Shown: positions 13,523-26,652, counted from the stretch's first letter. The stretch is DNA of 64,000 bases from Macrostomum hystrix (GCA_950097015.1 CATNEN010000034.1:62001-126000), one strand, 5' to 3'. Made by a program: numbers and translations. The notes: generated by a model from the sequence alone, not told the origin.

Positions 13523-13992
13523 GTTATATAGTACGCTTGTATGAGCTCGTATTATATATATATAGTATTCGGTTTATAATTTGGGCCTAAATGTTTTGCA
13601 AATCAGAAAAAAATGTATAATTTGCTAAATAGTTTTTTTAACAACTTTTTGTTTTCATATTTGAAAGTAGTAAATAGTAGCTAGAGCTCTATACCTGTCT
13701 ATGTAAACATCTTAACTAGTTCATTCACTTTTTAGTGCCTACCAATACACAATATAAACCATCTGCTACAGGAATAATGGCTAGCTTTAATACTAGGCCT
13801 AAAAGGATTTAATGCAATGTTAATGCCATTATCAAAACAGATTAAATGGTCTAATTTCTATGTATAATAGCTATAGATGGCAATCCCCTAGTTTAGCGCA
13901 AAATTTATTTTAATATACGAGTAGGGTTGTCACACTGGCTGTAGCCCAGGCACAACTGCGTTGGATCATGTCTATCTCTAAGTATCTATGAA

Positions 13993-14293
13993 AGGTAGCG
14001 AGTGGCAGTGTGGTGCAACACCTTTGCCTCTCGCACCAAGGTCCCTGGGCTCGATTGCTCGGCGAGGCCACATTCATTTGTGTCTCAGCGTGTTTGAGAA
14101 GGCTTGGCGTCTTGTCATGCAATTGGCAACCTCGAGAGCCGACCTACAAACGCATAGCGAAAGTGTACACTGCCCGACAATGAGAAAGTCAGGGCAGATG
14201 TACACACCTGTGAGCATGTCTGCATTGTATCTGTATGTGTGTGCTAAGGAGTCAGTGGAATAGGCAGAACTGCCTCCTTGCTGGCTGCGGGTC
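13993..14293 (+). mobile_element. tRNA-headed SINE-like element (family S1)
   Basis: Head gtggcagtgtgg...gggctcgatt carries A/B-box-like motifs. The body matches the reverse complement of 4942-5235 and 40986-41278. Confidence 0.75.
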
Positions 14294-14856
14294 TACTGTC
14301 AACAAATGATGCGCCCGCAGCTCTGCTGCTAAAAAGAATATTTTTTTGCCCTAGTGTAGTTGTTTTTGCCAGCCGGGCTTCAAGTACATTGCTTGGCTGC
14401 TAAAGTCAGTTTCGACTGTAATTTCCTATTTCCAAGAATTTCTCTTGTATCATGATATATGTATTTGAATGTTGTACTTCGGAGTATCAAAGGTTGCTAC
14501 TTGTCCAGAAACTGGGCCAGACTGAACCTTGTCTAGGTAAACAGAATTTCCCCTCAACTGTGGCAATGATTTTATTTTCTGTTGCTGTTTTTCTGTCTGG
14601 AGTTATTCTGCTACAGAAAATGTACTCTGAGAACGAAACACGGTATAGTGAAGGTCATTGAAATATTTTTTGTCTTATCATTTCAAAGGGGATGTCAACA
14701 TAAGGCTCTAATATCATTTAGCTGGTCGACCCCGGTTACCCTGGGCCGTCTTCTAGAGGGCAATTTCTTAAAAAAAATGTAATTTTGTTACTGTTGGTTC
14801 ACGCACTAATAAAATCACATGATATAATTATGGTTTTAACTACTCCTAGCTTTTAA

Positions 14857-15399
14857 CAGTAGGACTACCAAGCCATTTTGTTTCCCGGTTTTCTACCAAT
14901 GGCTAACAGCGTTGGGTGGTGACTGATTGGTTGAAAAACTTGACGATGTTGTCCTGTGGTTGAGCTGCGCCCAATATTTCGGCGCAGCAATGAAACCGAA
15001 GAAATTCGCGTCAGTGTCCATAGTGGCCAATTTCCACCTGTTGTAGCCCTTAAAGGTCCAGGAAATCCATCTAGATAAAGGTAGGTGACCGCTGACGACG
15101 GAGATGATGCAGGCGCATTCGGTTGTCATGCTGATAAATTTTGAATGCTTGGCAAGGTCGCACTGAGGCGTAGTGCTAATTCGTGTAAGGCGGTGTATGA
15201 AATACACTAGCGCTTATGGCAAAAATCAGACCTTCGGCCAGAACGATTGAATATCTCGACGGTTTGAAGAGCTGGCGACTTGATTACTGCTTCAGAAGAT
15301 GGACACGCGAGAAAAAGCCCGTGTTCTTGAATGTCGTGTGCTTGCGTTGCTCCGTTCGGGTGCAGCACAAAAATTGTCTTGGATTGGTTAATTCTACCG
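14857..15399. mobile_element. ~540-bp non-autonomous TIR element (family A), TTAA-flanked
   Basis: ttaa|cagtaggactaccaag ... ttggttaattctaccg|ttaa. Homologous to the 6686-7214, 58345-58885 and 61.1-61.46 kb copies. Confidence 0.8.
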
Positions 15400-15420
15400 T
15401 TAACCAGTTTTTTTCTAATA

Positions 15421-15446
15421 GAAGCTTCTTCTGATCAATCTTGCAG
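15421..15446 (+). promoter_or_regulatory. 3' splice acceptor, candidate SL trans-splice site for NAGK
   Basis: cttcttctgatcaatcttgcag immediately precedes codon GCA of the conserved N-terminus, with no ATG. Confidence 0.65.
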
Positions 15447-16529
15447 GCACCGGCCAAGCTGCTCATTGGTGTCGAAGGCGGCGCCAGCGTCACCAAGCTC
15501 TGCCTGGCCGACGCCGCCACCGGCCGGCTGCTCGGTCGCAGCCGAGTCGACGGCACCAATCATTGGCTGGTTGGCTTCGCCGCCTGCGCTGATCGTCTAG
15601 CCGTTGGCATAGAAAATCTGTTTCGGTCCATCGCCAATGACGACGGTAGGAAAATCGGCGACTTAGCCGGCATCGGCATGGCCCTGAGCGGCATCAGCAA
15701 CACCGGCAATGCCGCGGACATGGAGGCTGCCCTGCGCCAGCGCTTGCCTCAATTGCCTGCAGATTGTTGCTTAGCCATTGTCAACGATTGTGTCGGCGCG
15801 GTGGCCGCCGCAAGCGACTCCGGCGGTGTTGTCGTCATCGCCGGCACCGGCTCCAACTGCTGCCTGAGCAGTCGGGATGGCTCCGAGACGCTACATTGCG
15901 GTGGCTGGAGCTACATGCTCGGCGACGAAGGCTCCGCCTACTGGATCGCGCACCGGGCCCTCAAAGCTGTCTGGGACCAGCGCGACGGCCTGCGCGCCTG
16001 CCCGGAGCCCGTTGACGCGGTGCGAAATCTGGCCTTCAAACACTTCGACATTGACGATTACGACGGTATCCTGCCGCATTTGTACACTAATTTTGAAAAA
16101 TCGCGCGTCGCCTCGCTGACCGCTAAGCTGGCTGATTTGGCCTCGGACGGCGACGCCCTGGCCAAGCGAGTCTTCGCCGACGCCGGCGCCGAGCTAGCTA
16201 GTCACGTGATGGCCGTTGTCAGTCGGGCTGCGGAGAGCGGCGGCCAGCATCGGCTCCAAAGCCTGCTGGATTTCGCAGGCCGTCTGACAGTGGTCTGCGC
16301 CGGCTCCGTGTGGCTCAGCTACCGCCTGCTCAGCGCGGGCTTCACTGGCGCACTATGCAGTCGCGCCTGCCCGGTGTCGCTCCGTCTGGTGAGATTCAAC
16401 GACGGTGACGGCGGCGTTGGCGCTGCCGCGGGTGCCGCCTGGCTGGTCGGCCTGAAGCTCGGCGTGGAGCTGCCAGTGGATCGGGCGGGTTCGCTGCTGG
16501 AGATGGACACTATTCCCGCGTTTCGCTGA
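15447..16529 (+). CDS. NAGK: N-acetyl-D-glucosamine kinase (BadF/BadG/BcrA/BcrD ATPase family), single coding exon lacking a genomic ATG
   Basis: Motifs GVEGGAS, IVNDCVGA, VVIAGTGSNC, CGGWSYMLGDEGSAYWIA and VCAGSVW match animal NAGK. The track's TTG start is the acceptor ttgcag. Confidence 0.93.
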   Translation, partial: APAKLLIGVEGGASVTKLCLADAATGRLLGRSRVDGTNHWLVGFAACADRLAVGIENLFRSIANDDGRKIGDLAGIGMALSGISNTGNAADMEAALRQRLPQLPADCCLAIVNDCVGAVAAASDSGGVVVIAGTGSNCCLSSRDGSETLHCGGWSYMLGDEGSAYWIAHRALKAVWDQRDGLRACPEPVDAVRNLAFKHFDIDDYDGILPHLYTNFEKSRVASLTAKLADLASDGDALAKRVFADAGAELASHVMAVVSRAAESGGQHRLQSLLDFAGRLTVVCAGSVWLSYRLLSAGFTGALCSRACPVSLRLVRFNDGDGGVGAAAGAAWLVGLKLGVELPVDRAGSLLEMDTIPAFR

Positions 16530-17485
16530 TGCCCGAGATTGTTCATTCTCCCCCATGACAAAGTTTTAATAGGCACACGATTATTTTAAATTCCTTATTT
16601 TAATCTACAGAGTTTTGGGAGTTTAGTTATTTAGTTCAATTCCAAAAATGAGATCTAGGCGCTCGTAGGATCTAATATTCAATGCTAGAAATTTCAAGCT
16701 CGTGATTAACAGTCTAAGGACCGCGCTATTTCTCCCCCCTTGCGAATGACCATGGGCTGTTTCAAATACCCACTGCTACTTCACGATAGTTCCCAAACCG
16801 AATGACCGAGTTTTTGTGAAAGTCCACCATATGGATCGAAATTTTCTGCCCTTTACCATCTGTATAATCTTCTATGGCGAATCCATATTGGTAAAAAAAG
16901 AAAAAAAATTATCAACCCAAAATAGTCAGCAATGATAGCTGACATGGTCACATGATGAATTTTTGTGAGCAGAAAAATATGCCTGTATTGGTGGTTCTTG
17001 CCACCAGACACTCGGCCAAGAATCGTTGAATGTCTCGATTATACCGATTTTTGTGATTCTGAAAGTTGTTGAAACGGATAGAGCGGAAATTTTTAAGGAT
17101 TTTCATGCCTATTGATTGAATATTTAAAGAGATACAGAAAAAAGAAAAAAAATTGGCATTTGAAATATCCCCGTGGTGTTTCTACTGATCATTTAACTGT
17201 ACGCTATGATTTATGACCTTGTGCTAACATAAAGTACTAATCAGATCTTACGGTACGCGCTGTTTATATCTTAATATTGATTATATTGTCAGTTCTCTTG
17301 TATTATCAATATTCTTATATTTTACACTAGTTGCAATAGTGATTTTAAAGTAAACATTACTTTTGCTAGGCCAATCAAATTGGTGCGATGCTTTAAAATA
17401 CGACAGCATCTGTTCTGACTTATGATCATTCTCAAAGAGGCTTTTTCACCTGCGGTTTTTCCCCTGCTTGCTACTATCAATAGCC

Positions 17486-17515
17486 TAATCGGCACATTTT
17501 TGTCTTCCGTTTCAG
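17486..17515 (+). promoter_or_regulatory. Branch point, polypyrimidine tract and AG; candidate SL trans-splice site for Smad
   Basis: ctaat...catttttgtcttccgtttcag, followed in phase 0 by TCA TTA GCG...GTG AAG AGG CTG. Confidence 0.65.
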
Positions 17516-19511
17516 TCATTAGCGGGGTTAATCGGAGGCCTGCACTCTTCCTCAGTGAAGAGGCTGGTTGGCCTGGCCGCCCAGCAGCAGCCGCAGGGTG
17601 GCAGCGAGAAGACGGTGAAGTCTTTGCTGAAGCGCCTGAAGGTCCAGGAGCAGGCCAAGGTGCTGGAGCGAGCGCTGTCCGAGCAGAGCCCCAGCACCGC
17701 CTGCGTGACTGTCGCAGGCGGCGACGCCGAGCCGCTGCACGTCGTGGCCTGCAGGCTGTGGCGCTGGCCAGATTTGCAGACTGCTCAAGAGTTGCGACCG
17801 CTTGAGCACTGCCAGCACCCGTATAGGTAGAAGCCGAGAGGGTCAGGATTCGTAACCTTAGGGTCAGGATTCGTAACCTTAGAGTCAAGATTCGTAACCT
17901 TAGGGTCAGGATTCGTAACCTTAGGGTCAGGATTAGGAACCTTAGGGTCAGGATTCGTAACCTTAGGGTCAGGATTCGTAACCTTAGGGTCAGGATTAGG
18001 AACCTTAGGGTCAGGATTCGTAACCTTAGGGTCAGGATTAGGAACCTTAGGGTCAGGATTAGGAACCTTAGGGTCAGGATTAGGAACCTTAGGGTCAGGA
18101 TTAGGAACCTTAGGGTCAGGATTCGTAACCTTAGGGTCAGGATTAGGAACCTTAGGGTCAGGATTCGTAACCTTAGGGTCAGGATTAGGAACCTTAGGGT
18201 CAGGATTAGGAACCTTAGGGTCAGGATTAGGAACATTAGGGTCAGGATTAGGAACCTTAGGGTCAGGATTAGGAACCTTAGGGTCAGGATTAGGAACCTT
18301 AGGGTCAGGATTAGGAACCTTAGGGTCAGGATTAGGAACATTAGGGTCAGGATTAGGAACCTTAGGGTCAGGATTAGGAACATTAGGGTCAGGATTAGGA
18401 ACCTTAGGGTCAGGATTAGGAACCTTAGGGTCAGGATTAGGAACATTAGGGTCAGGATTAGGAACCTTAGGGTCAGGATTAGGAACATTAGGGTCAGGAT
18501 TAGGAACCTTAGGGTCAGGATTAGGAACCTTAGGGTCAGGATTAGGAACATTAGGGTCAGGATTAGGAACCTTAGGGTCAGGATTAGGAACCTTAGGGTC
18601 AGGATTAGGAACATTAGGGTCAGGATTAGGAACCTTAGGGTCAGGATGAGGAACCTTAGGGTCAGGATTAGGAACCTTAGGGTCAGGATTAGGAACCTTT
18701 GGATCAGGATTAGGAACCTTAGGGTCAGGATTAGGAACCTTAGGGTCAGGATTAGGAACCTTTGGATCAGGATTAGGAACCTTAGGATCAGGATTAGGAA
18801 CCTTAGGGTCAGCATTAGGAACCTAAGGGTCAGGATTCAGAACCTCGGATTAAAATTTAGAATGTAGGATTTGTATTCGGAATCTACTATTCGGATTTGG
18901 TATCTTTAAGGAAATTAAGGAAATTTGGAAATCTCAATCTATATGATTGAGATTTTGGATTTAAGAATCTGGGACTATATGGTTTAAGATCCAGTTTGGG
19001 TTTTAACATCGTTCCTCGTGATTTAGGATCTAGGATTGGGATTTATTATCTAGCAATGGGATTTAAGACTCGGGATTAGGATTTCAGGTCTTGGTTCAAT
19101 ATTTATGAATATTGGAATTTCCTGTCTTTAATTTTAGGATACAAAATTAAATTCTGCCTGTTCCCACGTCACCCCTTTTCATCTAATTATTGTTAAAAAT
19201 GAAAGCAAAAAATAAAATTCCATCAGATCCCGCTTCGTGGGCGATCTGTGCGTTAATCCCATGCACTACCAGCGCCTACTAGCTGGCATGGGTGCCCCCC
19301 AGGAGCCCGTCATTGTCTACTCGGCTGCTGCCGAGATCGCCGCGGCAGCCGCCACCAGTTTGGACTCTTCGTCGTTGCCGTCGCCGGATCGCGAATCGCT
19401 GCATCTGTACCTTCGCCAGGCTTCGCCAGAGGGCTACATGACTGAGGACAACTACAGCTCGGCTGCCGATCCGGCCAGCCCAGAGGCCGCTGGCTTCCAG
19501 GCTGTGAGAAT

Positions 19512-19555
<44 letters not shown>

Positions 19556-20236
19556 TGTACCAGGTATGTTTCTGTACATATAAGATATGTACAAAATTCT
19601 CTACGTTTGTAATATCTGTAGTTTTTTTCGGACAGTTTAGGTTTCGGGTTGTTTTTTAGTTTTTTGAACAGTCTAGGTTCATGTCATTCAGTCTAGGTTG
19701 CTGACATGACAGTCTAGGTTGCTGACATGACAGTCTAGGTTGCTGACATGACAGTCTAGGTTGCTGACATGACAGTCTAGGTTGCTGACATGACAGTCTA
19801 GGTTGCTGACATGACAGCCTTGTTTGCTGACATGTCAGTCTAGGTTCCTGACATGACAGTCTAGGTTGCTGACATGACAGTCTAGGTTGCTGACTTGACA
19901 GTCTAGGTTGCTGACTTGACAGTCTAGGTTGCTGACATGACAGTCTAGGTTGCTGACATGACAGTCTAGGTTGCTGACATGACAGTCTAAGTTGCTGACT
20001 TGACAGTCTAGGTTGCTGACTTGACAGTCTAGGTTGCTGACATGACAGTCTAGGTTGCTGACATGACAGTCTAGGTTGCTGACATGACAGTCTAGGTTAG
20101 GATAGGACAGTTAGGATGTCAGTTCTGACAGAAGGTTTCGTAGAGTTCAAATATTTTCTTACATTTGAATTTGTTAAGTAATTTTTTAATTACGTAAATT
20201 GGATTGAGCAAACCACACCTTTTCAACCTCGTAAAG

Positions 20237-20268
<32 letters not shown>

Positions 20269-20920
20269 GCGTCAGCAGGACCTGGCCAGCTTGTTGAGCA
20301 TTCCCTACATGGAGGCTGAGCACTGGTGCTCCGTGCACTACTACGAGCTCAACAGTCGGGTGGGCGACGCCTATTACGCAACGTCACCTTTCGTCACTGT
20401 GGATGGCGGCACGGATCCTGGTGGTCGGGGCCGTGGCCGCTTCTGCCTCGGCCTCCTATCCAATGTGAACCGCTCGCTGCCAGTTGAACAGACTCGCCGA
20501 TCCATCGGGGCCGGAGTCGGTCTGTACTACATCAACGGCGAGGTGCACGCCGAGTGCCTGTCGGACAGTCCAGTTTTCATCCAGTCTCCCAACGGCAACA
20601 TCAGGCAGGGCTGGCACCCGGCCACCGTGTGCCGCATCCCGCCCGGCTGCAACCTGTGCGTCTTCTCCATCGCCGACTTCGGCAATCAGCTGCGTCAAGG
20701 CGTTGATAAGAGCTTCGACGAAGTCTACGCCCTCACCAAGATGTGCACGATTCGCATCGCCTTTGTCAAAGGCTGGGGCAGCGAGTACAGGCGCCAGCTG
20801 ATTACTGCCACCCCATGCTGGATTGAAGTTCATCTCAACGGTCCGCTGCGCTGGCTGGACCGCGTGCTGTCGGTTCTGGGCAGCCCGGAGGGTGACTACG
20901 GCCCCACCTCCTTGAGCTGA
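17516..20920 (+). CDS. SMAD: Divergent receptor-regulated Smad (MH1 + polyQ linker + MH2), ~444 aa, 3 exons, no genomic ATG
   Basis: Exons 17516-17826, 19227-19563 and ~20237-20920 (exon 3 acceptor approximate, all candidates phase 0). MH1 motifs [15 protein letters not shown] and [10 protein letters not shown]2 motifs [14 protein letters not shown] and [12 protein letters not shown]...TPCWIE. C-terminus TSLS. Confidence 0.93.
17840..18845. repeat. 21-bp minisatellite (agggtcaggattaggaacctt)n in Smad intron 1
   Basis: About 48 copies with variant blocks (attcgt, aacatt); begins ~14 nt after the donor. Confidence 0.97.
19690..20097. repeat. 21-bp minisatellite (agtctaggttgctgacatgac)n in Smad intron 2
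   Basis: About 19 copies directly visible. Confidence 0.97.
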
Positions 20921-20933
20921 ATCAGAGCTAATC

Positions 20934-22910
20934 ATCTACTCATTCAGCACTAAGATAGACATGGATAATCTCTATAATAATCTACTCATTCAGCACTAAG
21001 ATAGAGATGGATAATCTCTATAATAATCTACTCATTCAGCACTAAGATAGAGATGGATAATCTCTATAATAATCTACTCATTCAGCACTAAGATAGAGAT
21101 GGATAATCTCTATAATAATCTACTCATTCAGCACTAAGATAGACATGGATAATCTCTATAATAATCTACTCATTCAGCACTAAGATAGACATGGATAATC
21201 TCTATAATAATCTACTCATTCAGCACTAAGATAGAGATGGATAATCTCTATAATAATCTACTCATTCAGCACTAAGATAGACATGGATAATCTCTATAAT
21301 AATCTACTCATTCAGCACTAAGATAGACATGGAAAATCTCTATAATAATCTACTCATTCAGCACTAAGATAGACATGGATAATCTCTATAATAATCTACT
21401 CATTCAGCACTAAGATAGAGATGGATAATCTCTATAATAATCTACTCATTCAGCACTAAGATAGACATGGATAATCTCTATAATAATCTACTCATTCAGC
21501 ACTAAGATAGACATGGAAAATCTCTATAATAATCTACTCATTCAGCACTAAGATAGAGATGGATAATCTCTATGATAATCTACTCATTCAGCACTAAGAT
21601 AGACATGGATAATCTCTATAATAATCTACTCATTCAGCACTAAGATAGACATGGATAATCTCTATAATAATCTACTCATTCAGCACTAAGATAGACATGG
21701 ATAATCTCTATAATAATCTACTCATTCAGCACTAAGATAGACATGGATAATCTCTATAATAATCTACTCATTCAGCACTAAGATAGACATGGATAATCTC
21801 TATAATAATCTACTCATTCAGCACTAAGATAGACATGGAAAATCTCTATAATAATCTACTCATTCAGCACTAAGATAGAGATGGATAATCTCTATGATAA
21901 TCTACTCATTCAGCACTAAGATAGACATGGATAATCTCTATAATAATCTACTCATTCAGCACTAAGATAGACATGGATAATCTCTATAATAATCTACTCA
22001 TTCAGCACTAAGATAGACATGGATAATCTCTATAATAATCTACTCATTCAGCACTAAGATAGAGATGGAAAATCTCTATAATAATCTACTCATTCAGCAC
22101 TAAGATAGAGATGGATAATCTCTATAATAATCTACTCATTCAGCACTAAGATAGAGATGGAAAATCTCTATAATAATCTACTCATTCAGCACTAAGATAG
22201 AGATGGATAATCTCTATAATAATCTACTCATTCAGCACTAAGATAGACATGGATAATCTCTATAATAATCTACTCATTCAGCACTAAGATAGACATGGAT
22301 AATCTCTATAATAATCTACTCATTCAGCACTAAGATAGAGATGGATAATCTCTATAATAATCTACTCATTCAGCACTAAGATAGAGATGGATAATCTCTA
22401 TAATAATCTACTCATTCAGCACTAAGATAGAGATGGATAATCTCTATAATAATCTACTCATTCAGCACTAAGATAGAGATGGAAAATCTCTATAATAATC
22501 TACTCATTCAGCACTAAGATAGAGATGGATAATCTCTATAATAATCTACTCATTCAGCACTAAGATAGACATGGATAATCTCTATAATAATCTACTCATT
22601 CAGCACTAAGATAGACATGGATAATCTCTATAATAATCTACTCATTCAGCACTAAGATAGAGATGGATAATCTCTATAATAATCTACTCATTCAGCACTA
22701 AGATAGACATGGATAATCTCTATGATAATCTATTCATCCAGCAGAAGCATAGAGATGGATAATCTCTATAATAATCTACTCATTCAGCACTAAGATAGAC
22801 ATGGATAATCTCTATGATAATCTATTCATCCAGCAGAAGCATAGAGATGGATAATCTCTATAATTCTTCCATCATCCAGCAGAAGCATAGATATGGATAA
22901 TCAGTAATTT
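20934..22910. repeat. 46-bp minisatellite immediately after the Smad stop codon
   Basis: Unit aatctactcattcagcactaagataga[c/g]atggataatctctataat, ~43 head-to-tail copies with no spacers. Confidence 0.97.
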
Positions 22911-23439
22911 AATCCCTTCATCTACAATTGATCCATGAAGACATATTTTTCCGTAATGTTCTGACTATGGTGTTTGCTTCTGTGTGTAATTTTATTATTT
23001 ATTAATCAGTTTAACTTATGCACGTATTGAGCTGGGTTTTGGCTTTGCAATGTGTTTACATTTCTCTCATCCATGCTGTTATGAACAGAAATATTTTATT
23101 TCTAGATTTGTTTACTTATTTTGCCATAGAGCAGGATTTAGATTTGACTCATCATTTTCCCGGTTCATTGCAGTTCAGAGATAGAGCTTGTACTCTTTTC
23201 AAGAAATCATTCAACGACGGTGTATTATATTTAAGCTATTCTGCATGCATTGTTGCTTATTCTGTTTTAAAAGTTCACATTGTTTTTTATTTTAAAAGCG
23301 TCATTTTTTCTTAAATGGATTTTCATTGAAAAGCTTTCACTGCCCATATTATGAATGCTGTGTTGGTATTCTTGCTTTTGACATCCAATGTTCTGTCCGA
23401 TTCTATTACGGGAGATTAACCCTCTTGACCATCTGATCC

Positions 23440-26400
23440 CTATAATCCCAAATCCATCAGATCCTATAATCCCAAATTCATCAGACCCTTATAATCCCAA
23501 ATTCATCAGATTCTTATAATCCCAAATCCATCAGATTCTTATAATCCCAAATTCATCAGATTCTTATAATCCCAAATCCATCAGATTCTTATAATCCCAA
23601 ATCCATCAGATTCTTATAATCCCAAATCCATCAGATTCTTATAATCCCAAATCCATCAGACCCTTATAATCCCAAATCCATCAGACCCTTATAATCCCAA
23701 ATCCATCAGATTCTTATAATCCCAAATTCATCAGATTCTTATAATCCCAAATCCATCAGATTCTTATAATCCCAAATCCATCAGATTCTTATAATCCCAA
23801 ATCCATCAGATTCTTATAATCCCAAATCCATCAGATTCTTATAATTCCAAATCAATCAGATTCTTATAATCCCAAATCCATCAGACCCTTATAATCCCAT
23901 ATCCATCAGATTCTTATAATCCCATATCCATCAGACCCTTATAATCCCAAATTCATCAGATTCTTATAATCCCAAATCCATCAGATTCTTATAATCCCAA
24001 ATCCATCAGATTCTTATAATCCCAAATCCATCAGATTCTTATAATCCCAAATTCATCAGACCCTTATAATCCCAAATTCATCAGATTCTTATAATCCCAA
24101 ATCCATCAGACCCTTATAATCCCATATCCATCAGACCCTTATAATCCCAAATTCATCAGATTCTTATAATCCCAAATTCATCAGATTCTTATAATCCCAA
24201 ATCCATCAGATTCTTATAATCCCAAATCCATCAGATTCTTATAATCCCAAATTCATCAGACCCTTATAATCCCAAATTCATCAGATTCTTATAATCCCAA
24301 ATCCATCAGATTCTTATAATCCCAAATCCATCAGATTCTTATAATCCCAAATCCATCAGATTCTTATAATCCCAAATCCATCAGATTCTTATAATCCCAA
24401 ATCTATCAGATTCTTATAATCCCAAATCCATCAGATTCTTATAATCCCAAATTCATCAGACCCTTATAATCCCAAATCCATCAGACCCTTATAATCCCAA
24501 ATTCATCAGATTCTTATAATCCCAAATCCATCAGACCCTTATAATCCCAAATCCATCAGACCCTTATAATCCCAAATTCATCAGACCCTTATAAACCAAA
24601 TTTCCATCAGACCCTTATAATCCCAAATTCATCACACCCTTATAATCCCAAATCCATCAGACCCTTATAATCCCAAATTCATCAGACCCTTATAATCCCA
24701 TATCCATCAGATTCTTATAATCCCAAATTCATCAGACCCTTATAATCCCAAATCCATCAGACCCTTATAATCCCAAATCCATCAGACCCTTATAATCCCA
24801 AATCCATCAGACCCTTATAATCCCAAATCCATCAGATCCTTATAATCCCAAATTCATCAGACCCTTATAATCCCAAATCCATCAGACCCTTATAATCCCA
24901 AATCCATCAGATTCTTATAATCCCAAATCCATCAGATTCTTATAATCCCAAATCCATCAGATCATTATAATCCCAAATCCATCAGATTCTTATAATCCCA
25001 AATCCATCAGATTCTTATAATCCCAAATCTATCAGATTCTTTTAATCCCAAATCCATCAGATTCTTATAATTCCAAATCTATCAGATTCTTATAATCCCA
25101 AATCCATCAGACCCTTATAATCCCATATCCATCAGATTCTTATAATCCCAAATCCATCAGATTCTTATAATCCCAAATCCATCAGATTCTTATAATCCCA
25201 AATCCATCAGACCCTTATAATCCCAAATCCATCAGATCATTATAATCCCAAATTCATCAGACCCTTATAATCCCAAATCCATCAGACCCTTATAATCCCA
25301 AATCCATCAGATCATTATAATCCCAAATCCATCAGATTCTTATAATCCCAAATCCATCAGATTCTTATAATCCCAAATCTATCAGATTCTTATAATCCCA
25401 AATCCATCAGATTCTTATAATTCCAAATCTATCAGATTCTTATAATCCCAAATCTATCAGATTCTTATAATCCCAAATCCATCAGATTCTTATAATCCCA
25501 AATTCATCAGACCCTTATAATCCCAAATCCATCAGATTCTTATAATCCCAAATCCATCAGATTCTTATAATCCCAAATCCATCAGACCCTTATAATCCCA
25601 AATTCATCAGACCCTTATAATCCTAAATTCATCAGACCCTTATAATCCCAAATCCATCAGACCCTTATAATCCCAAATTCATCAGACCCTTATAATCCCA
25701 TATCCATCAGACCCTTATAATCCCAAATCCATCAGACCCTTATAATCCCAAATCCATCAGACCCTTATAATCCCAAATTCATCAGACCCTTATAATCCCA
25801 TATCCATCAGATTCTTATAATCCCAAATTCATCAGACCCTTATAATCCCAAATCCATCAGACCCTTATAATCCCAAATCCATCAGACCCTTATAATCCCA
25901 AATCCATCAGACCCTTATAATCCCAAATTCATCAGACCCTTATAATCCCAAATCCATCAGACCCTTATAATCCCAAATCCATCAGATTCTTATAATCCCA
26001 AATCCATCAGATTCTTATAATCCCAAATCCATCAGACCCTTATAATCCCAAATCCATCAGATTCTTATAATCCCAAATTCATCAGATCATTATAATCCCA
26101 AATTCATCAGACCCTTATAATCCCAAATTCATCAGACCCTTATAATCCCAAATCCATCAGATTCTTATAATCCCAAATTCATCAGACCCTTATAATCCCA
26201 AATCCATCAGATCATTATAATCCCAAATCCATCAGATTCTTATAATCCCAAATCCATCAGATTCTTATAATCCCAAATCCATCAGATTCTTATAATCCCA
26301 AATCCATCAGATTCTTATAATCCCAAATCCATCAGACCCTTATAATCCCAAATCCATCAGATCATTATAATCCCAAATTCATCAGACCCTTATAATCCCA

Positions 26401-26652
26401 AATCCATCAGACCCTTATAATCCCAAATCCATCAGATCATTATAATCCCAAATCCATCAGATTCTTATAATCCCAAATCCATCAGATTCTTATAATCCCA
26501 AATCCATCAGATTCTTATAATCCCAAATCCATCAGATTCTTATAATTCCAAATCTATCAGATTCTTATAATCCCAAATCTATCAGATTCTTATAATCCCA
26601 AATCCATCAGATTCTTATAATCCCAAATCCATCAGATTCTTATAATCCCAAA
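23440..26652. repeat. 25-bp minisatellite (ataatcccaaatccatcagattctt)n, ~3.2 kb
   Basis: About 128 copies with biallelic positions (attc/accc, atcc/attc). Confidence 0.97.

Noticed and set aside
15441-16529. Bacterial horizontal transfer (intronless, TTG start, BadF-family)
   Set aside because: The motifs match animal NAGK, the TTG is part of a splice acceptor, and the GC content resembles neighbouring host exons.
17322-18867. Long ORFs over the arrays (for example 17322-18815, 33535-34725, 36959-38445, 48330-49304, 54723-56651)
   Set aside because: They are translations of stop-free repeat units in several frames, lie in introns or spacers, and use non-ATG starts.
20934-22910. CRISPR-like regular repeat (also the 25-, 33- and 39-bp arrays)
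   Set aside because: Units are head-to-tail with no unique spacers, there are no cas genes, and the context is eukaryotic.
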